Shown here: positions 43,201 to 56,664 of the stretch, piece by piece
Numbering within the stretch: the first letter of the stretch is position 1
How the letters are laid out: each line of letters begins with the position of its first letter
NCBI RefSeq assembly: GCF_910588175.1
Contig: NZ_CAJUQQ010000005.1
Strand: one strand, 5' to 3'
From: an uncultured Oscillibacter sp.
Lineage (GTDB): Bacteria; Bacillota; Clostridia; Oscillospirales; Oscillospiraceae
DNA: 64,000 bases
Notes under the pieces: model-generated
Seen by the model: only the letters and a program-made list of their open reading frames with translations
What the model was told of the DNA's origin: nothing
Databases searched by the model: none
Position numbers and translations under genes: made by a program

Positions 43201-43954
43201 CGTTGACCTTGCCCATATACTTCTCCACCACGTCGGGCAGGGCGTCGTAATAGGGGTTGCAGGCCTCGCGGTGCTGGAAGAAGATGTCGCCGTTTTCATG
43301 AGAGCCCCGCATGTTGGGCCGCTCGGGGTTCAGCGCGTGCTTGCGGAAGGCGTCCACGGCCTCCATGTCGCACATTTCCTTCAGGTCGTCGTAATCCCAC
43401 ACGGCCACCTTCTGAATCTCGTGGGAGGTGCGGAAGCCGTCGAAGAAGTTCACGAAGGGAACCCGGCCCTCGATGGCGGCCAGATGGGCCACGGGGCCCA
43501 GGTCCATGACCTCCTGGACGTTGCCCTCGCAGAGCATGGCGAAGCCCGTCTGGCGGCAGGCCATCACGTCGGAGTGGTCGCCGAAGATGTTCAGCGCGTG
43601 GCTGGACACGGTACGGGCGGACACGTGGAACACGCAGGGCAGCAGCTCGCCGGCGATCTTGTACATGTTGGGGATCATCAGCAGCAGGCCCTGAGAGGCG
43701 GTGTAGGTGGTGGTCATCGCGCCGGTGGCCAGGGAGCCGTGGACGGTGCCGGAAGCGCCGGCCTCGGACTGCATCTCGCAGACCTTCACGGTGGTGCCGA
43801 AGATGTTTTTCTGACCGGCGGCTGCCCACTGGTCGACCAAGTCTGCCATGGGCGAAGACGGGGTGATGGGATAGATGCCCGCCACCTCGGTAAACGCGTA
43901 GCTGACATATGCCGCCGCGTTGTTGCCGTCCATGGACTTGAACTTTCTTGCCAT
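40289..43954 (-). CDS. nifJ: pyruvate:ferredoxin (flavodoxin) oxidoreductase
   Basis: 1221 aa. MARKFKSMDGNNAAAYVSYAFTEVAGIYPITPSSPMA. Two 4Fe-4S motifs, CIQCNQCAYVCP and CMGCGVCVGVCP. ThDP region GGDGWAYDIGFGG. Start at 43954 (AGGAGGT RBS), not the track start at 44038. Confidence 0.95.
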   Translation of the reverse strand: MARKFKSMDGNNAAAYVSYAFTEVAGIYPITPSSPMADLVDQWAAAGQKNIFGTTVKVCEMQSEAGASGTVHGSLATGAMTTTYTASQGLLLMIPNMYKIAGELLPCVFHVSARTVSSHALNIFGDHSDVMACRQTGFAMLCEGNVQEVMDLGPVAHLAAIEGRVPFVNFFDGFRTSHEIQKVAVWDYDDLKEMCDMEAVDAFRKHALNPERPNMRGSHENGDIFFQHREACNPYYDALPDVVEKYMGKVNEKLGTDYQLFNYYGAPDADRVIIAMGSICDVAEEVIDYMNAHGEKVGLIKVRLYRPWRADKLISAIPATCKKIAVLDRTKEPGSLGEPLYVDVVASLANAGRTDVTVIGGRYGLGSKDTPPRSVFAVYEELTKAEPKRQFTIGIVDDVTHLSLEEKPAPNTAAEGTIECKFWGLGGDGTVGANKNSIKIIGDHTDKYVQAYFQYDSKKTGGVTVSHLRFGDQPIRAPYYINKADFVACHVPSYIIKAFPMVRDVKPGGTFLINCQWSDEEVNKHMPAVAKRYIAQNNIQVYTINAIDLAKEIGMGKRTNTILQSAFFSLAKVMPEAEAIQYMKDAATHSYLKKGQDVVDMNHKAIDAGATAYKKFEVPADWADAQDTPDATTLTGKPELVEQVKTILNPVGKMDGDSLPVSAFVKHADGQFELGAAAYEKRGVAVSVPTWMPENCIQCNQCAYVCPHATIRPFAMTEEEAAKLPAAAKVIDKTGKGKGYKFTIAVSPLDCMGCGVCVGVCPGRKGEKALKMVAQEQEAKQQEVFNYCVAEVAEKKDLQDNTVPGSQFHKPLLEFSGSCAGCAETSYARLVTQLFGDRMYISNATGCSSIWGGPAATSPYCTNAAGHGPAWSNSLFEDNAEHGLGMYLGQKAIRDRLADLTKQLIAVPHTYQGLKDAAQKWLDTMEDGKANAEATCEYVKLLEESVMTVDDIVAFTGSPEAAKVFGDQLPKFQAHAKELKDSGAKYCDCDACKLCLEILKDKEYLSKKSLWIFGGDGWAYDIGFGGVDHVLASGNDVNIFVFDTEVYSNTGGQASKASNIGQVAQFAAAGKEIKKKSLAEIAMSYGYIYVAQVAMGANPAQTLKAIQEAEAYPGPSLIIAYSPCEMHSIKGGMMNCQAEMKKAVECGYWNLFRFNPAAEGAKFTLDSKEPAGGYQEFLMNEARYSRLTREFPDRASELFQRNEKAAMDRYQHLLKLKEMYA

Positions 43955-44046
43955 AAACTTACCTCCTGTAAATTTGCCGCCCGGGGACGGCAATCTCTCC
44001 AAGACAGAGGACCGGCGCTCTCTCCCGCCGGACCCCATGCGGTTCT

Positions 44047-44075
44047 ATTATAGCACGGCTCTTTCCCGGTGTAAA
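44047..44075 (-). promoter_or_regulatory. strong sigma-A promoter of nifJ
   Basis: The minus strand reads TTTACA-N17-TATAAT with an extended -10 TGc. Confidence 0.7.
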
Positions 44076-44138
44076 CCGCCGCTTTGTTATTTTTTGCACA
44101 AATTTTCCCAGGGATTCTTGGAGGGCAATCGATTCCGC

Positions 44139-44510
44139 TTACCAGACGAATACCGCGTGGAGAAAGAAATTCACCAGCAGGGTCAGTACAATCCCCGCCG
44201 CCGTCCCCGCGCCAATCAGCCACCACTTCAAAATCCGCTTTGCCTTGTTCACGTCCTGGTAAATGGAGTCCAGCTTTTCGCTGTTCCAATTCTTTTCCCG
44301 GACCTCCTGCACATCCACATCCCGAACCAGCGCGTCCAGCGTCAAGCCGAAGTAATCACTCAGGAGCACTAATCGCTGGAAGTCGGGATAAGACTGGGCG
44401 GACTCCCATTTGGATACCGTCTGCCGGGATACATGCAGCTCTGCTCCCAGTTCCTCTTGGGACAAGCCCCTGCTTTTCCGCAGGTCAATCAGTTTTTCGT
44501 TGAAATTCAT
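44139..44510 (-). CDS. XRE-family HTH regulator with a C-terminal transmembrane anchor
   Basis: LIDLRKSRGLSQEELGAELHVSRQTVSKWESAQSYPD (HTH_3), plus the C-terminal hydrophobic WWLIGAGTAAGIVLTLLVNFFL. Confidence 0.85.
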   Translation of the reverse strand: MNFNEKLIDLRKSRGLSQEELGAELHVSRQTVSKWESAQSYPDFQRLVLLSDYFGLTLDALVRDVDVQEVREKNWNSEKLDSIYQDVNKAKRILKWWLIGAGTAAGIVLTLLVNFFLHAVFVW

Positions 44511-44760
44511 GTTGCAGTCCTCCTTATATTGACGGGCCGTTCAGGCCGGGACCAGCATCTCGCGTTTCAAAACGTTCCGCAACCAACTTCTGTTGGAATT
44601 TTGTCAACTTCACTTAACATCAACACAATTTCTCCCGTTCTCCCAGCGGAAAATTCCCGTCCTCCTCATTCTCCGCTTTCCATTTCCCCCAATCTGTGGT
44701 ATCATGATCCCACAGAAACACAGCGGCGCTCCGCCGCTCCGCTTGCGGGAGGTAAGTCTT

Positions 44761-46278
44761 ATGGTGGTCACGGTGCGTTCCCTTGGCTTAAACGGCGTCT
44801 CCGGCTACGAGGTCAGCGCCGAGTGCTTTCTCTCCGGCGGGCTCCCCGCCTTCGACGTGGTGGGTCTGCCGGACGCCGCCGTGCGGGAGGCCCGGGAGCG
44901 GGTCCGGGCGGCGGTGAAGAACTGCGGGGCCAAGTTCCCCGTCAGCCGCATCACCGTAAACCTGGCCCCGGCGGGGCAGAAGAAGGCGGGTACCCTCTAC
45001 GACCTGCCCATCTTCGTGGGGCTTCTGGCGGCGGCCGGGGACCTCCCCGCACCCCCGGCGGACGCGGCCTTTGTGGGGGAGCTGTCCCTGTCCGGGACCC
45101 TGCGGAGCGTGGCGGGGGTTCTCCCCATGGCCCTGGCGGCGGAGCGGGCGGGGGTGCGGCGGCTCTTCGTCCCGGCGGACAACGCCGCCGAGGCGACGCT
45201 GGCCGGGGGACTGACGGTTTACGGCGTGCCGGATGTGGCGTCCCTGACGGCCCATCTCCGGGGGGAGAAGCCCCTCTCCCCCGCCCCGGCCTGGACGCCG
45301 GAGGAGGACGAGGCGGGCCTTTTGGACCTCCGGGACGTGATGGGCCAGGAGAACGTGAAGCGGGCCCTGGAAATCGCCGCCGCCGGGGGGCACAACCTTT
45401 TGATGATCGGCTCTCCCGGGGCGGGCAAATCCATGCTGGCGAAGCGCCTGCCCTCCATCCTGCCGGACATGCGCCGGGAGGAGGCCCTGGAGGCCTCCGG
45501 CGTGTGGTCCGTGGCGGGGCTGACGGACCCGAAGCGCCCTCTGCTGGCCCGCCGCCCCTTCCGCAGCCCCCACCACACCGTTTCCGCCTCCGCCCTCACC
45601 GGCGGCGGCCCCGCCATGCGGCCCGGGGAAATCTCCCTGGCCCACAACGGGGTGCTGTTTTTAGATGAGCTGCCGGAGTTCCGCCGGGACGCCCTGGAAA
45701 TCCTCCGCCAACCCCTGGAGGACGGGGAGGTCACCATCTCCCGGGCCGGGGGCACCCTGCGGCTCCCCGCCCGGTTTCAGCTGATCTGCGCCATGAACCC
45801 CTGCCGCTGCGGCTGGCGGGGCCACCCGGACCGGCGGTGCACCTGCTCCCCCCGGGACCGGGAGCGGTATGTGGAGAAGATCTCCGGTCCCCTGCTGGAC
45901 CGGATCGACCTCCATGTGACGGTGCCGTCGGTGGAGTACGAGGCCATGCGCCGCCGGGAGACGCCGGAGTCCTCGGCGGCGGTGAAGGCCCGGGTGGACG
46001 CGGCCCGGGCCATTCAGGCGGAACGCCTGGCGGGGTCCGGCGCGGCCTGCAACGCCCAGATCGCCCCGGCGCAGCTGGAAACGTTCTGCCGTCTGGACGC
46101 CGCCGGGGAGGCGCTGATGAAAAACGCCTTTCAGCGCATGGGCCTGACGGCCCGGTCCCACGACCGGATTCTCCGGGTGGCCCGGACCATCGCCGACCTG
46201 GACGGGGAGGCGGACATCGGGGCCGCCCACCTGGCGGAGGCGATTCAGTACCGGAACACGGATATTTTAAAGGGATAG
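44761..46278 (+). CDS. comM: YifB/ComM family Mg-chelatase-like AAA ATPase
   Basis: VSGYEVSAECF...GLPDAAVREARERVRAAVKN...MIGSPGAGKSMLAKRLPSILP...GEISLAHNGVLFLDELPEF...CRCG. Start at ATG 44761. Confidence 0.9.
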   Translation: MVVTVRSLGLNGVSGYEVSAECFLSGGLPAFDVVGLPDAAVREARERVRAAVKNCGAKFPVSRITVNLAPAGQKKAGTLYDLPIFVGLLAAAGDLPAPPADAAFVGELSLSGTLRSVAGVLPMALAAERAGVRRLFVPADNAAEATLAGGLTVYGVPDVASLTAHLRGEKPLSPAPAWTPEEDEAGLLDLRDVMGQENVKRALEIAAAGGHNLLMIGSPGAGKSMLAKRLPSILPDMRREEALEASGVWSVAGLTDPKRPLLARRPFRSPHHTVSASALTGGGPAMRPGEISLAHNGVLFLDELPEFRRDALEILRQPLEDGEVTISRAGGTLRLPARFQLICAMNPCRCGWRGHPDRRCTCSPRDRERYVEKISGPLLDRIDLHVTVPSVEYEAMRRRETPESSAAVKARVDAARAIQAERLAGSGAACNAQIAPAQLETFCRLDAAGEALMKNAFQRMGLTARSHDRILRVARTIADLDGEADIGAAHLAEAIQYRNTDILKG

Positions 46279-46404
46279 GGGCCTCCGCCAGATGAGCGGC
46301 CCGGAGGGGCGGCGTGGAGGGGCGTTTTCCCCGGCGAAGCGGCCATAAAAACAGGGGTCCGGAGGGGCCCCTTGTTTTTCTCTGCGGGTATGCGCAAAAA
46401 CCTG

Positions 46405-46434
46405 TTGACAAACCGGGGGCGGATATGCTATGCT
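46405..46434 (+). promoter_or_regulatory. possible sigma-A promoter of the tRNA-Ser pair
   Basis: TTGACA-N18-TATGCT. Confidence 0.4.
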
Positions 46435-46468
46435 GTAAGGCGTGTTCAAGAGACGGCGCCTTCGAAAT

Positions 46469-46556
46469 GGAGAGATGTCCGAGTGGTTGAAGGAACCGGT
46501 CTTGAAAACCGGCGGCGCGCAAGTGCCCGTGGGTTCGAATCCCACTCTCTCCGCCA
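46469..46556 (+). tRNA. tRNA-Ser (anticodon UGA), CCA encoded
   Basis: Acceptor GGAGAGA/TCTCTCC. Anticodon loop CTTGAAA. Long variable arm. T-loop GGTTCGAATCC. Confidence 0.9.
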
Positions 46557-46581
46557 ACTTTTCAAAAGTGAATCCGGATCT

Positions 46582-46674
46582 GCGGAAGTACCCAAGTGGC
46601 CGAAGGGGCTCCCCTGCTAAGGGAGTAGGCTGGATAAAACCGGCGCGAGGGTTCAAATCCCTCCTTCCGCGCCA
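46582..46674 (+). tRNA. tRNA-Ser (anticodon GCU), CCA encoded
   Basis: Acceptor GCGGAAG/CTTCCGC. Anticodon stem-loop CTCCC-CTGCTAA-GGGAG. Long variable arm. T-loop GGTTCAAATCC. Confidence 0.9.
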
Positions 46675-46678
46675 GCTC

Positions 46679-46747
46679 AGGAATTCCCCTTGCCGCTCCG
46701 TTTCCCGCCCCTGTGGGGCGGAAAACTGCGCCGGACGGGGAATTCCT
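46679..46747 (+). repeat. REP-like structured element, copy C (after the tRNA-Ser pair)
   Basis: Core GCTCCGTTTCCCGCCCCTGTGGGGCGGAAAACTGCGCC, enclosed by the inverted repeat AGGAATTCCCC / GGGGAATTCCT. Confidence 0.75.
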
Positions 46748-46754
46748 TCGCTTT

Positions 46755-46795
46755 CAGCCGTGAACCACGTTGTTGGGTTCACGGCTGATTTTTTT
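46755..46795 (+). terminator. rho-independent terminator of the tRNA operon
   Basis: CAGCCGTGAACC-loop-GGTTCACGGCTG followed by ATTTTTTT. Confidence 0.85.
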
Positions 46796-46890
46796 CGCCA
46801 CGCCGCTTCGCTTGTGGCGGGGACGGGAATCATCGTCGCCTGTTGATGGACGACTGCCCGACAATGCCCGGTAAGTTCCTCTTTATACGT

Positions 46891-47439
46891 TTATTCTAAT
46901 TCTAACCTCATATAAACAACTTCCTGAAATCCTGTCCATCGAGAACGAAAGCCTTTGGGATTTCTGCCATATTCAACAAACCCAGCTTTTTTATACATGG
47001 CTAATGCCCTTTCATTACCGGCGGCCACGCTCAGCTCCAGCTGGATATATCCCGCAGCCTTCGCGCATTCCATGCACGCTGCCGTCAATGCCTGTCCAAT
47101 CCCCAGCCCCCAAAATTCTTTCGCGACACTGATACCCAATTCGGCACGATGCCGCACCTTATATTTTTTCCCCACCGCTTCCAGCCCAGCGGTTCCCACA
47201 ACCGCGTGATCGACTATGGCAACGATTTCGACCTCATCTTTACTTTCAGTTTTCTCTTTCAGGAATTGGCTTTCCTGCATCGCGTCGAAGCTGTTCTCAT
47301 CCGGATAGGTAAGCAAATAATCCGTTTCTCCATGTGTCAAACGAACGTTATCCAATACAGCCTGTCCATCACTTTCCATTCCATTTCTCAAACAGCATTC
47401 CACACCGTTTTTTAACAAGAGCACTTTCTTATATTTCAT
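46891..47439 (-). CDS. GNAT-family N-acetyltransferase
   Basis: 182 aa. RAELGISVAKEFWGLGIGQALTAACMECAKAAGYIQLELSVAAGNERALAMYKKAGF (acetyl-CoA binding motif A). Start at MKYKK (47439), not the track start at 47685. Visibly lower GC than the flanks. Confidence 0.85.
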   Translation of the reverse strand: MKYKKVLLLKNGVECCLRNGMESDGQAVLDNVRLTHGETDYLLTYPDENSFDAMQESQFLKEKTESKDEVEIVAIVDHAVVGTAGLEAVGKKYKVRHRAELGISVAKEFWGLGIGQALTAACMECAKAAGYIQLELSVAAGNERALAMYKKAGFVEYGRNPKGFRSRWTGFQEVVYMRLELE

Positions 47440-47475
47440 CGGCGATACCTCACAAATCTGGGATTTTTCGAGTCG

Positions 47476-47504
47476 ATTATAGCACGGGGCTCCTGTTATA
47501 GCAA
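47476..47504 (-). promoter_or_regulatory. sigma-A promoter of the GNAT gene
   Basis: The minus strand reads TTGCTA-N17-TATAAT with an extended -10 TGc. Confidence 0.6.
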
Positions 47505-47575
47505 TGTGCTTTTGCCGAAACCGCCGAAGTCCTATCCCAGCAGCGCGTTCCTTAAAAAACAACCGCCCTTTCCCC

Positions 47576-47604
47576 TTGACAAAGGGAAAAGAGCGTGGTA
47601 AAAT
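47576..47604 (+). promoter_or_regulatory. sigma-A promoter upstream of rpoB
   Basis: TTGACA-N17-TAAAAT with an extended -10 TGg. The leader is about 160 nt. Confidence 0.65.
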
Positions 47605-47768
47605 AAAGCACTTATCGGCATCGGGCGAAATTCTTTCCGCTCCATGCCTTAACTGGAGTATAGCACATTTCCCAGAAGAATACAAGAGCAGGGCGAAGGG
47701 TTTTTAACAACCGTGCCCGGCGTGTCTCTATCCCCGCCGCCTGCGGCGGCAGAAAGGTGAATGTGAAG

Positions 47769-50700
47769 ATGGCCAAAGACAAGTATTACGGAAAGACCCT
47801 TCGCAAGAACTTCGCCCGGTATGAGGAAGTCGTTTCCATGCCGAACCTCCTGGAGATTCAGAAAACCTCCTACCAGGAGTTCCTGGACACCGGCCTCCGG
47901 GAGGTCTTCGCCGACGTGGGCGCGATCTCCGACTATCAGGGCAACCTGGAGCTGACCTTCATCGACTACAAGATGGACGAAAAGCCCAAGTACGACGTGG
48001 AGGAGTGCAAGGCCCGGGACGCCAACTACGCCGCGCCCCTCAAGGTCAAGGTCCGCCTGCGGAACAAGGAGACGGAGGAGATCAAGGAACAGGAGATCTT
48101 CATGGGGGACTTCCCCCTGATGACCCACTCCGGCACCTTCATCGTCAACGGCGCGGAGCGGGTGGTGGTCTCCCAGATCGTCCGCTCCCCCGGCGTGTAC
48201 TACGGCCACGAGGTGGACATCAAGACGGACCTGCCCATCCTCACCTCCCAGGTCATTCCCCAGCGGGGCGCCTGGCTGGAGTATGAGACCGACGCCAACG
48301 AGCTCTTCTGGGTCCGCATCGACAAGAACCGGAAGATTCCCGTCACCTGCCTCCTCCGGGCCATCGGCCTGAAGACGGAGCAGGAGATTCTGGACCGCTT
48401 CGGCGACGATCCCCGCATTGCGGCCACCCTGGAAAAGGACCCCTGCAAGTCCTATGAGGACGCGATGCTGGAAATCTACCGCCGCCTCCGTCCCGGCGAG
48501 CCCCCCACGGTGGAGGCCAGCGAGACCCTGGTAAACGGGCTGTTCTTCGACCCCCGGCGGTACGACCTGTCGGTGGTGGGCCGGTACAAGTTCAACAAAA
48601 AGCTCTCTCTGTGGCAGCGGGTCACGGGGCGGAAGCTGGCCTATCCCGTGGCGCACCCCGCCACCGGCGAGATTCTCTTCGACGAGGGGACCCTGCTGAC
48701 CAAGGAGGACGCCCGGACCCTGGACGACCTGGGCGTCAGCGACGTGACCATTGACGCGGACGGCGCGCCCCTCCGGGTCATTTCCAACGGCATGTGCGAC
48801 ATGAGCCGCTATGTGGACTTTGACCCCTTCGAGACCTGCAAGATCAAAGAGCGGGTCCGGTTCGACGTGCTCCAAGAGCTGCTGGGCCAGTACAGCGGCG
48901 AGGAGCTGATTGACCAGATCATCCTCCACAAGGACCAGCTGGTCCCCAAGCACATCATTGTGGACGACATTCTCACGTCCATCAACTATATGAACGGTCT
49001 GGCCCGGGGCATCTCCGTCAAGGACGACATCGACCACCTGGGCAACCGCCGCCTCCGCTGCGTGGGCGAGCTGCTTCAAAACCAGTTCCGCATCGGCTTC
49101 AGCCGGATGGAGCGGGTCATCCGGGAGCGCATGACCATCCAGGACATGGACATCGTCACCCCCCAGAGCCTCATCAACATCCGGCCCGTCACCGCCGCCA
49201 TCAAGGAGTTCTTCGGCTCCAGCCCCCTGAGCCAGTTCATGGACCAGACGAACCCCCTGGCGGAGCTGACCCATAAGCGCCGCCTCTCCGCCCTGGGCCC
49301 CGGCGGCCTCTCCCGGGAGCGGGCCAACATGGAGGTCCGGGACGTACACTACAGCCACTACGGCCGCATGTGCCCCATCGAGACCCCCGAAGGTCCCAAC
49401 ATCGGCCTGATCTCCTACCTGGCCACCTACGCCCGGATCAACGAGTACGGCTTCATCGAGTCCCCCTACCGGGCCGTGGACAAGGAAACCGGCAAAGTCG
49501 CCGACTCCATCACCTATATGACCGCCGACGAGGAGGACAACTTCATCGTCGGCCAGGCCGCCGAACCCGTGGACGAGAACGGCTGCCTGGTCAACGCCCG
49601 TATCACCGGGCGGCACCGGGACGAGATCGTGGACGTGGACCGGGAGATGATCGACTATATTGACGTCAGCCCCCGGATGATGGTCTCCATCGCCACCGCC
49701 ATGATTCCCTTCCTCCCCAACGACGACGCCAACCGGGCCCTGATGGGCGCCAACATGCAGCGTCAGGCGGTGCCCCTGCTCCGGCCCCACGCCCCCATTG
49801 TGGGCACCGGCATGGAGCACAAAATCTGCATCGACTCCGAGATCGTGGTCCTGGCGGAGGGCGACGGCGTGGTCACTGATCTGGACGCCCGCCATGTCAC
49901 CGTGCAGTACGACAGCACCGAGAGCAACCCCGCCCCCATCCGGGGAGAGAAGAAAACCTATAAGCTCATCAAGTTCCTCCGCTCCAACCACACCACCTGC
50001 ATCAACCAGCGCCCCATCGTGGAGGTGGGCGAGCGGGTCCACGGCCGGGGCGTCGGGCCCGACGGCCTGATGCGGGACCCCACCGTCCTGGCCGACGGCC
50101 CCGCCACCGAGCAGGGCGAGATTGCCCTGGGCCAGAACATTCTGGTGGGCTTCATGACCTGGGAAGGCTATAACTACGAGGACGCCGTCCTTTTGAACGA
50201 GCGCCTGGTCCGGGAGGACCTGTACACCTCCATCCACATTGAGGAGTTCGAGATCGACGCCCGGGACACCAAGCTGGGCCCCGAGGAGATCACCCGGGAC
50301 ATCCCCAACGTGGGCGAGGACGCCATGAAGGACCTGGACGAAAACGGCATTATCCGCGTCGGCGCAGAGGTCAAGGCCGGGGACATCCTGGTGGGCAAGG
50401 TCACCCCCAAGGGCGAAACCGATCTGACCGCCGAGGAGCGGCTCCTCCGGGCCATCTTCGGTGAAAAGGCCCGGGAGGTCCGGGACACCTCTTTGAAGGT
50501 CCCCCACGGCGAAAGCGGCATCGTGCTGGACACCAAGGTCTTCACCCGGGAGGGCGGCGACGAGCTGGGCCCCGGCGTGAACATGGTGGTCCGGGTCTAT
50601 ATCGCCCAGCGCCGGAAGATTCAGGTGGGCGACAAGATGGCCGGACGCCACGGCAACAAGGGCGTGGTCTCCCGGGTTCTGCCCCAGGAGGATATGCCCT

Positions 50701-51506
50701 TCCTGCCCGACGGCACGCCGCTGGACATCGTGCTGAACCCCCTGGGCGTGCCCAGCCGTATGAACATCGGCCAAGTGCTGGAGGTTCACCTGGGCTACGC
50801 CGCCCATGCCCTGGGCTGCAAGGTGGCCACCCCCATCTTTGACGGCGCCCGGGAGGACGACATTCAGGCCATGCTGGCCGAGGCGGGGCTGGACCCCGAC
50901 GGCAAGAGCGTCCTCTACGACGGCCGCACCGGCGAGCCCTTTGACAACAAGGTCACCGTGGGCTACGTCTACTTCCTCAAGCTCCACCACCTGGTGGACG
51001 ACAAGATCCACGCCCGTTCCACCGGCCCCTACTCCCTCGTGACCCAGCAGCCCTTGGGCGGCAAGGCCCAGTTCGGCGGCCAGCGCTTTGGCGAGATGGA
51101 GGTCTGGGCCCTGGAGGCCTACGGCGCGGCCTATACCCTCCAGGAGATTCTCACCGTCAAGTCCGACGACGTGACGGGCCGCGTCCGCACCTACGAGGCC
51201 ATTGTCAAGGGCCACAACGTGCCCCAGCCCGGCGTGCCCGAGTCCTTCAAGGTTCTGGTCAAGGAGCTCCAGTCCCTGTGCCTGGACATCCAGGTCCTGG
51301 ACGCCCAGGGCAATCCCATCGAGCTGCGGGAGGACGAGGACGCCATGGACACCTTCAACCTGGCCCGGATGGACGCGGACGACGAGCGCAGCCGCAGCGC
51401 CTATACCGAGGATGAGTTCCAGGAGTCCGGCTATGACATCGAAGACGCCCCCGAGGACGCCGGGGCGGACATCGGCGCCGATTTTGACGACGGCGAGGAC
51501 GAGTGA
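47769..51506 (+). CDS. rpoB: DNA-directed RNA polymerase subunit beta
   Basis: [26 protein letters not shown], and so on; unmistakable. ATG 47769 is preferred (AAGGTGA RBS); the track ORF starts at GTG 47757. Confidence 0.97.
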   Translation: MAKDKYYGKTLRKNFARYEEVVSMPNLLEIQKTSYQEFLDTGLREVFADVGAISDYQGNLELTFIDYKMDEKPKYDVEECKARDANYAAPLKVKVRLRNKETEEIKEQEIFMGDFPLMTHSGTFIVNGAERVVVSQIVRSPGVYYGHEVDIKTDLPILTSQVIPQRGAWLEYETDANELFWVRIDKNRKIPVTCLLRAIGLKTEQEILDRFGDDPRIAATLEKDPCKSYEDAMLEIYRRLRPGEPPTVEASETLVNGLFFDPRRYDLSVVGRYKFNKKLSLWQRVTGRKLAYPVAHPATGEILFDEGTLLTKEDARTLDDLGVSDVTIDADGAPLRVISNGMCDMSRYVDFDPFETCKIKERVRFDVLQELLGQYSGEELIDQIILHKDQLVPKHIIVDDILTSINYMNGLARGISVKDDIDHLGNRRLRCVGELLQNQFRIGFSRMERVIRERMTIQDMDIVTPQSLINIRPVTAAIKEFFGSSPLSQFMDQTNPLAELTHKRRLSALGPGGLSRERANMEVRDVHYSHYGRMCPIETPEGPNIGLISYLATYARINEYGFIESPYRAVDKETGKVADSITYMTADEEDNFIVGQAAEPVDENGCLVNARITGRHRDEIVDVDREMIDYIDVSPRMMVSIATAMIPFLPNDDANRALMGANMQRQAVPLLRPHAPIVGTGMEHKICIDSEIVVLAEGDGVVTDLDARHVTVQYDSTESNPAPIRGEKKTYKLIKFLRSNHTTCINQRPIVEVGERVHGRGVGPDGLMRDPTVLADGPATEQGEIALGQNILVGFMTWEGYNYEDAVLLNERLVREDLYTSIHIEEFEIDARDTKLGPEEITRDIPNVGEDAMKDLDENGIIRVGAEVKAGDILVGKVTPKGETDLTAEERLLRAIFGEKAREVRDTSLKVPHGESGIVLDTKVFTREGGDELGPGVNMVVRVYIAQRRKIQVGDKMAGRHGNKGVVSRVLPQEDMPFLPDGTPLDIVLNPLGVPSRMNIGQVLEVHLGYAAHALGCKVATPIFDGAREDDIQAMLAEAGLDPDGKSVLYDGRTGEPFDNKVTVGYVYFLKLHHLVDDKIHARSTGPYSLVTQQPLGGKAQFGGQRFGEMEVWALEAYGAAYTLQEILTVKSDDVTGRVRTYEAIVKGHNVPQPGVPESFKVLVKELQSLCLDIQVLDAQGNPIELREDEDAMDTFNLARMDADDERSRSAYTEDEFQESGYDIEDAPEDAGADIGADFDDGEDE

Positions 51507-51552
51507 TGCGTTCGTTAAATAAATCCGGAGCAATGAAGGAGGAACGCGCAAT

Positions 51553-55395
<3,843 letters not shown>

Positions 55396-55397
55396 GC

Positions 55398-55437
55398 GAA
55401 AAACGCAAAGGACTCTCTCGAGTCCTTTGCGTTTTTT
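55398..55437. terminator. bidirectional rho-independent terminator (rpoC / deacetylase)
   Basis: AAAAACGCAAAGGACTC-TCTC-GAGTCCTTTGCGTTTTTT. Confidence 0.9.
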
Positions 55438-55438
55438 C

Positions 55439-56143
55439 TCAGCCCTCCCCGGTTCGGTACATGTGTCCCGGCTCCGGCCGGACGCCGTTGAGCCACAGCA
55501 GCTCCTCCACCGTCACGAACCAATAGCCCTCCGCCCGGAGCTGGTCCACCACCCGCAGCGCCGCGTCCACCGAGGTTGGATAAATATCGTGGAGCAGGAT
55601 GATGCTGTTGGGGGCCGTATTGTCCAGAATCGCCTGGGCCACCTTGTCCGCGTCCCGGCTCTCCCAGTCCCGGGGGTCCACGCACCATTTCACCAGCGGC
55701 ACGCTGAAATCCACGCTCTCCGCCACCTGGCCGTAGGGTGGCCGCAGCCAGTAGTCCCCGCCGCCCAGCAGCGTTTCCAGCGCCGTCTCCGTCCGGGCCA
55801 CCTCCTGGGCCGCCGCGTCCGGGAGAATGCCGTCCAGCCGTTGGTGGCTCCAGGTGTGGTTGCCGATCTGATGGCCCTCCTCCGCCATGCGGGCGACCAG
55901 TCCGGCGTTGTCCTCAATCTGCTGGCCGATGAGGAAGAAGGTGGCCTTGACTCCCCGCTCCTTCAAGCCGTCCAAAAGCCGGTCCGTGGTGCCCCGCCGG
56001 GGCCCGTCGTCAAAGGTCAGGGCCACGTACTTCTCCCCCGCCGGAATTTTCGCCCCTCCGTCCGCGGGCATTGCCTCTCCGCCCGGCAGGCACAGGGCGG
56101 CCAGAAGGGCCAGTATGAAAATTGGGACAATCTTCTTCACCAT
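55439..56143 (-). CDS. polysaccharide deacetylase (NodB homology domain), secreted or lipoprotein
   Basis: YVALTFDDGP...ATFFLIG...GHQIGNHTWSH (NodB motifs). N-terminal signal peptide with a Cys. Confidence 0.9.
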   Translation of the reverse strand: MVKKIVPIFILALLAALCLPGGEAMPADGGAKIPAGEKYVALTFDDGPRRGTTDRLLDGLKERGVKATFFLIGQQIEDNAGLVARMAEEGHQIGNHTWSHQRLDGILPDAAAQEVARTETALETLLGGGDYWLRPPYGQVAESVDFSVPLVKWCVDPRDWESRDADKVAQAILDNTAPNSIILLHDIYPTSVDAALRVVDQLRAEGYWFVTVEELLWLNGVRPEPGHMYRTGEG

Positions 56144-56213
56144 CGCGCAGTTCCCCCTTATTTATCCGGGGTTAGTATGCGCAGCTCTCCGGGGAATTTT
56201 ATTGGGAAAATCA

Positions 56214-56267
56214 CGAAAAGAAAGAGCGCTTTGTCATGAGCCTAGGTTCTCATGACAAAGCGCTCTT
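56214..56267 (-). terminator. rho-independent terminator after rplQ
   Basis: A 19-bp stem AAGAGCGCTTTGTCATGAG/CTCATGACAAAGCGCTCTT followed by a T-rich tract on the minus strand. Confidence 0.85.
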
Positions 56268-56277
56268 ATACGTGCTC

Positions 56278-56613
56278 TTACACCAGCTCAATCACCGCGG
56301 TCTCCGCGGCGTCTCCGCGGCGGACGCCAGTGCGGATGATGCGGGTGTAGCCGCCGTTGCGCTCCGCGTAGGTGGGCGCAATCTCCTTAAAGAGCTTTTT
56401 GCAGACATCCTCCCGGGTGATGAAGCTCATGGCCTGCCGGTAGGCGGCCAGGTCGCTCTTCTTGCCCAGGGTAATCATTTTCTCAGCCAGGGGCTTGATC
56501 TCCTTGGCCCGGGTGACGGTGGTCTCCATCTTCCCGTGGTCCAGGAAATCCGTGACCTGCTGACGCAGCATGGCTCTGCGCTGGTCAGAGGTCTTGCCGA
56601 GCTTACGAGGCAT
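56278..56613 (-). CDS. rplQ: 50S ribosomal protein L17
   Basis: [20 protein letters not shown]...ERNGGYTRI. Confidence 0.95.
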   Translation of the reverse strand: MPRKLGKTSDQRRAMLRQQVTDFLDHGKMETTVTRAKEIKPLAEKMITLGKKSDLAAYRQAMSFITREDVCKKLFKEIAPTYAERNGGYTRIIRTGVRRGDAAETAVIELV

Positions 56614-56664
56614 TTCGGTTTCCTCCTTACTTCTTATCGTTTCTCCCCGTTCCGGCGGGAACGG

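Noticed and set aside
39908-44053. 1381-aa ORF on the plus strand, antisense to nifJ. Similar giant antisense ORFs: 47649-51608 and 51355-55371 (opposite rpoB/rpoC), 21226-23097, 11170-13251, 15615-17612, 56236-57915 and 57513-59177.
   Set aside because: These are shadow ORFs typical of high-GC coding DNA. Their translations are low-complexity (Gly/Ala/Arg/Pro/Val/Leu/His/Asp-rich) with no recognisable motifs. The opposite strand encodes unmistakable conserved proteins.
47612-47619. A GCCGATAA match on the minus strand upstream of the GNAT gene, as a third sigma-28 promoter.
   Set aside because: There is no TAAA/TTAA -35 at 14-16 nt (the sequence there is GGAA). A consensus sigma-A promoter already serves the gene.
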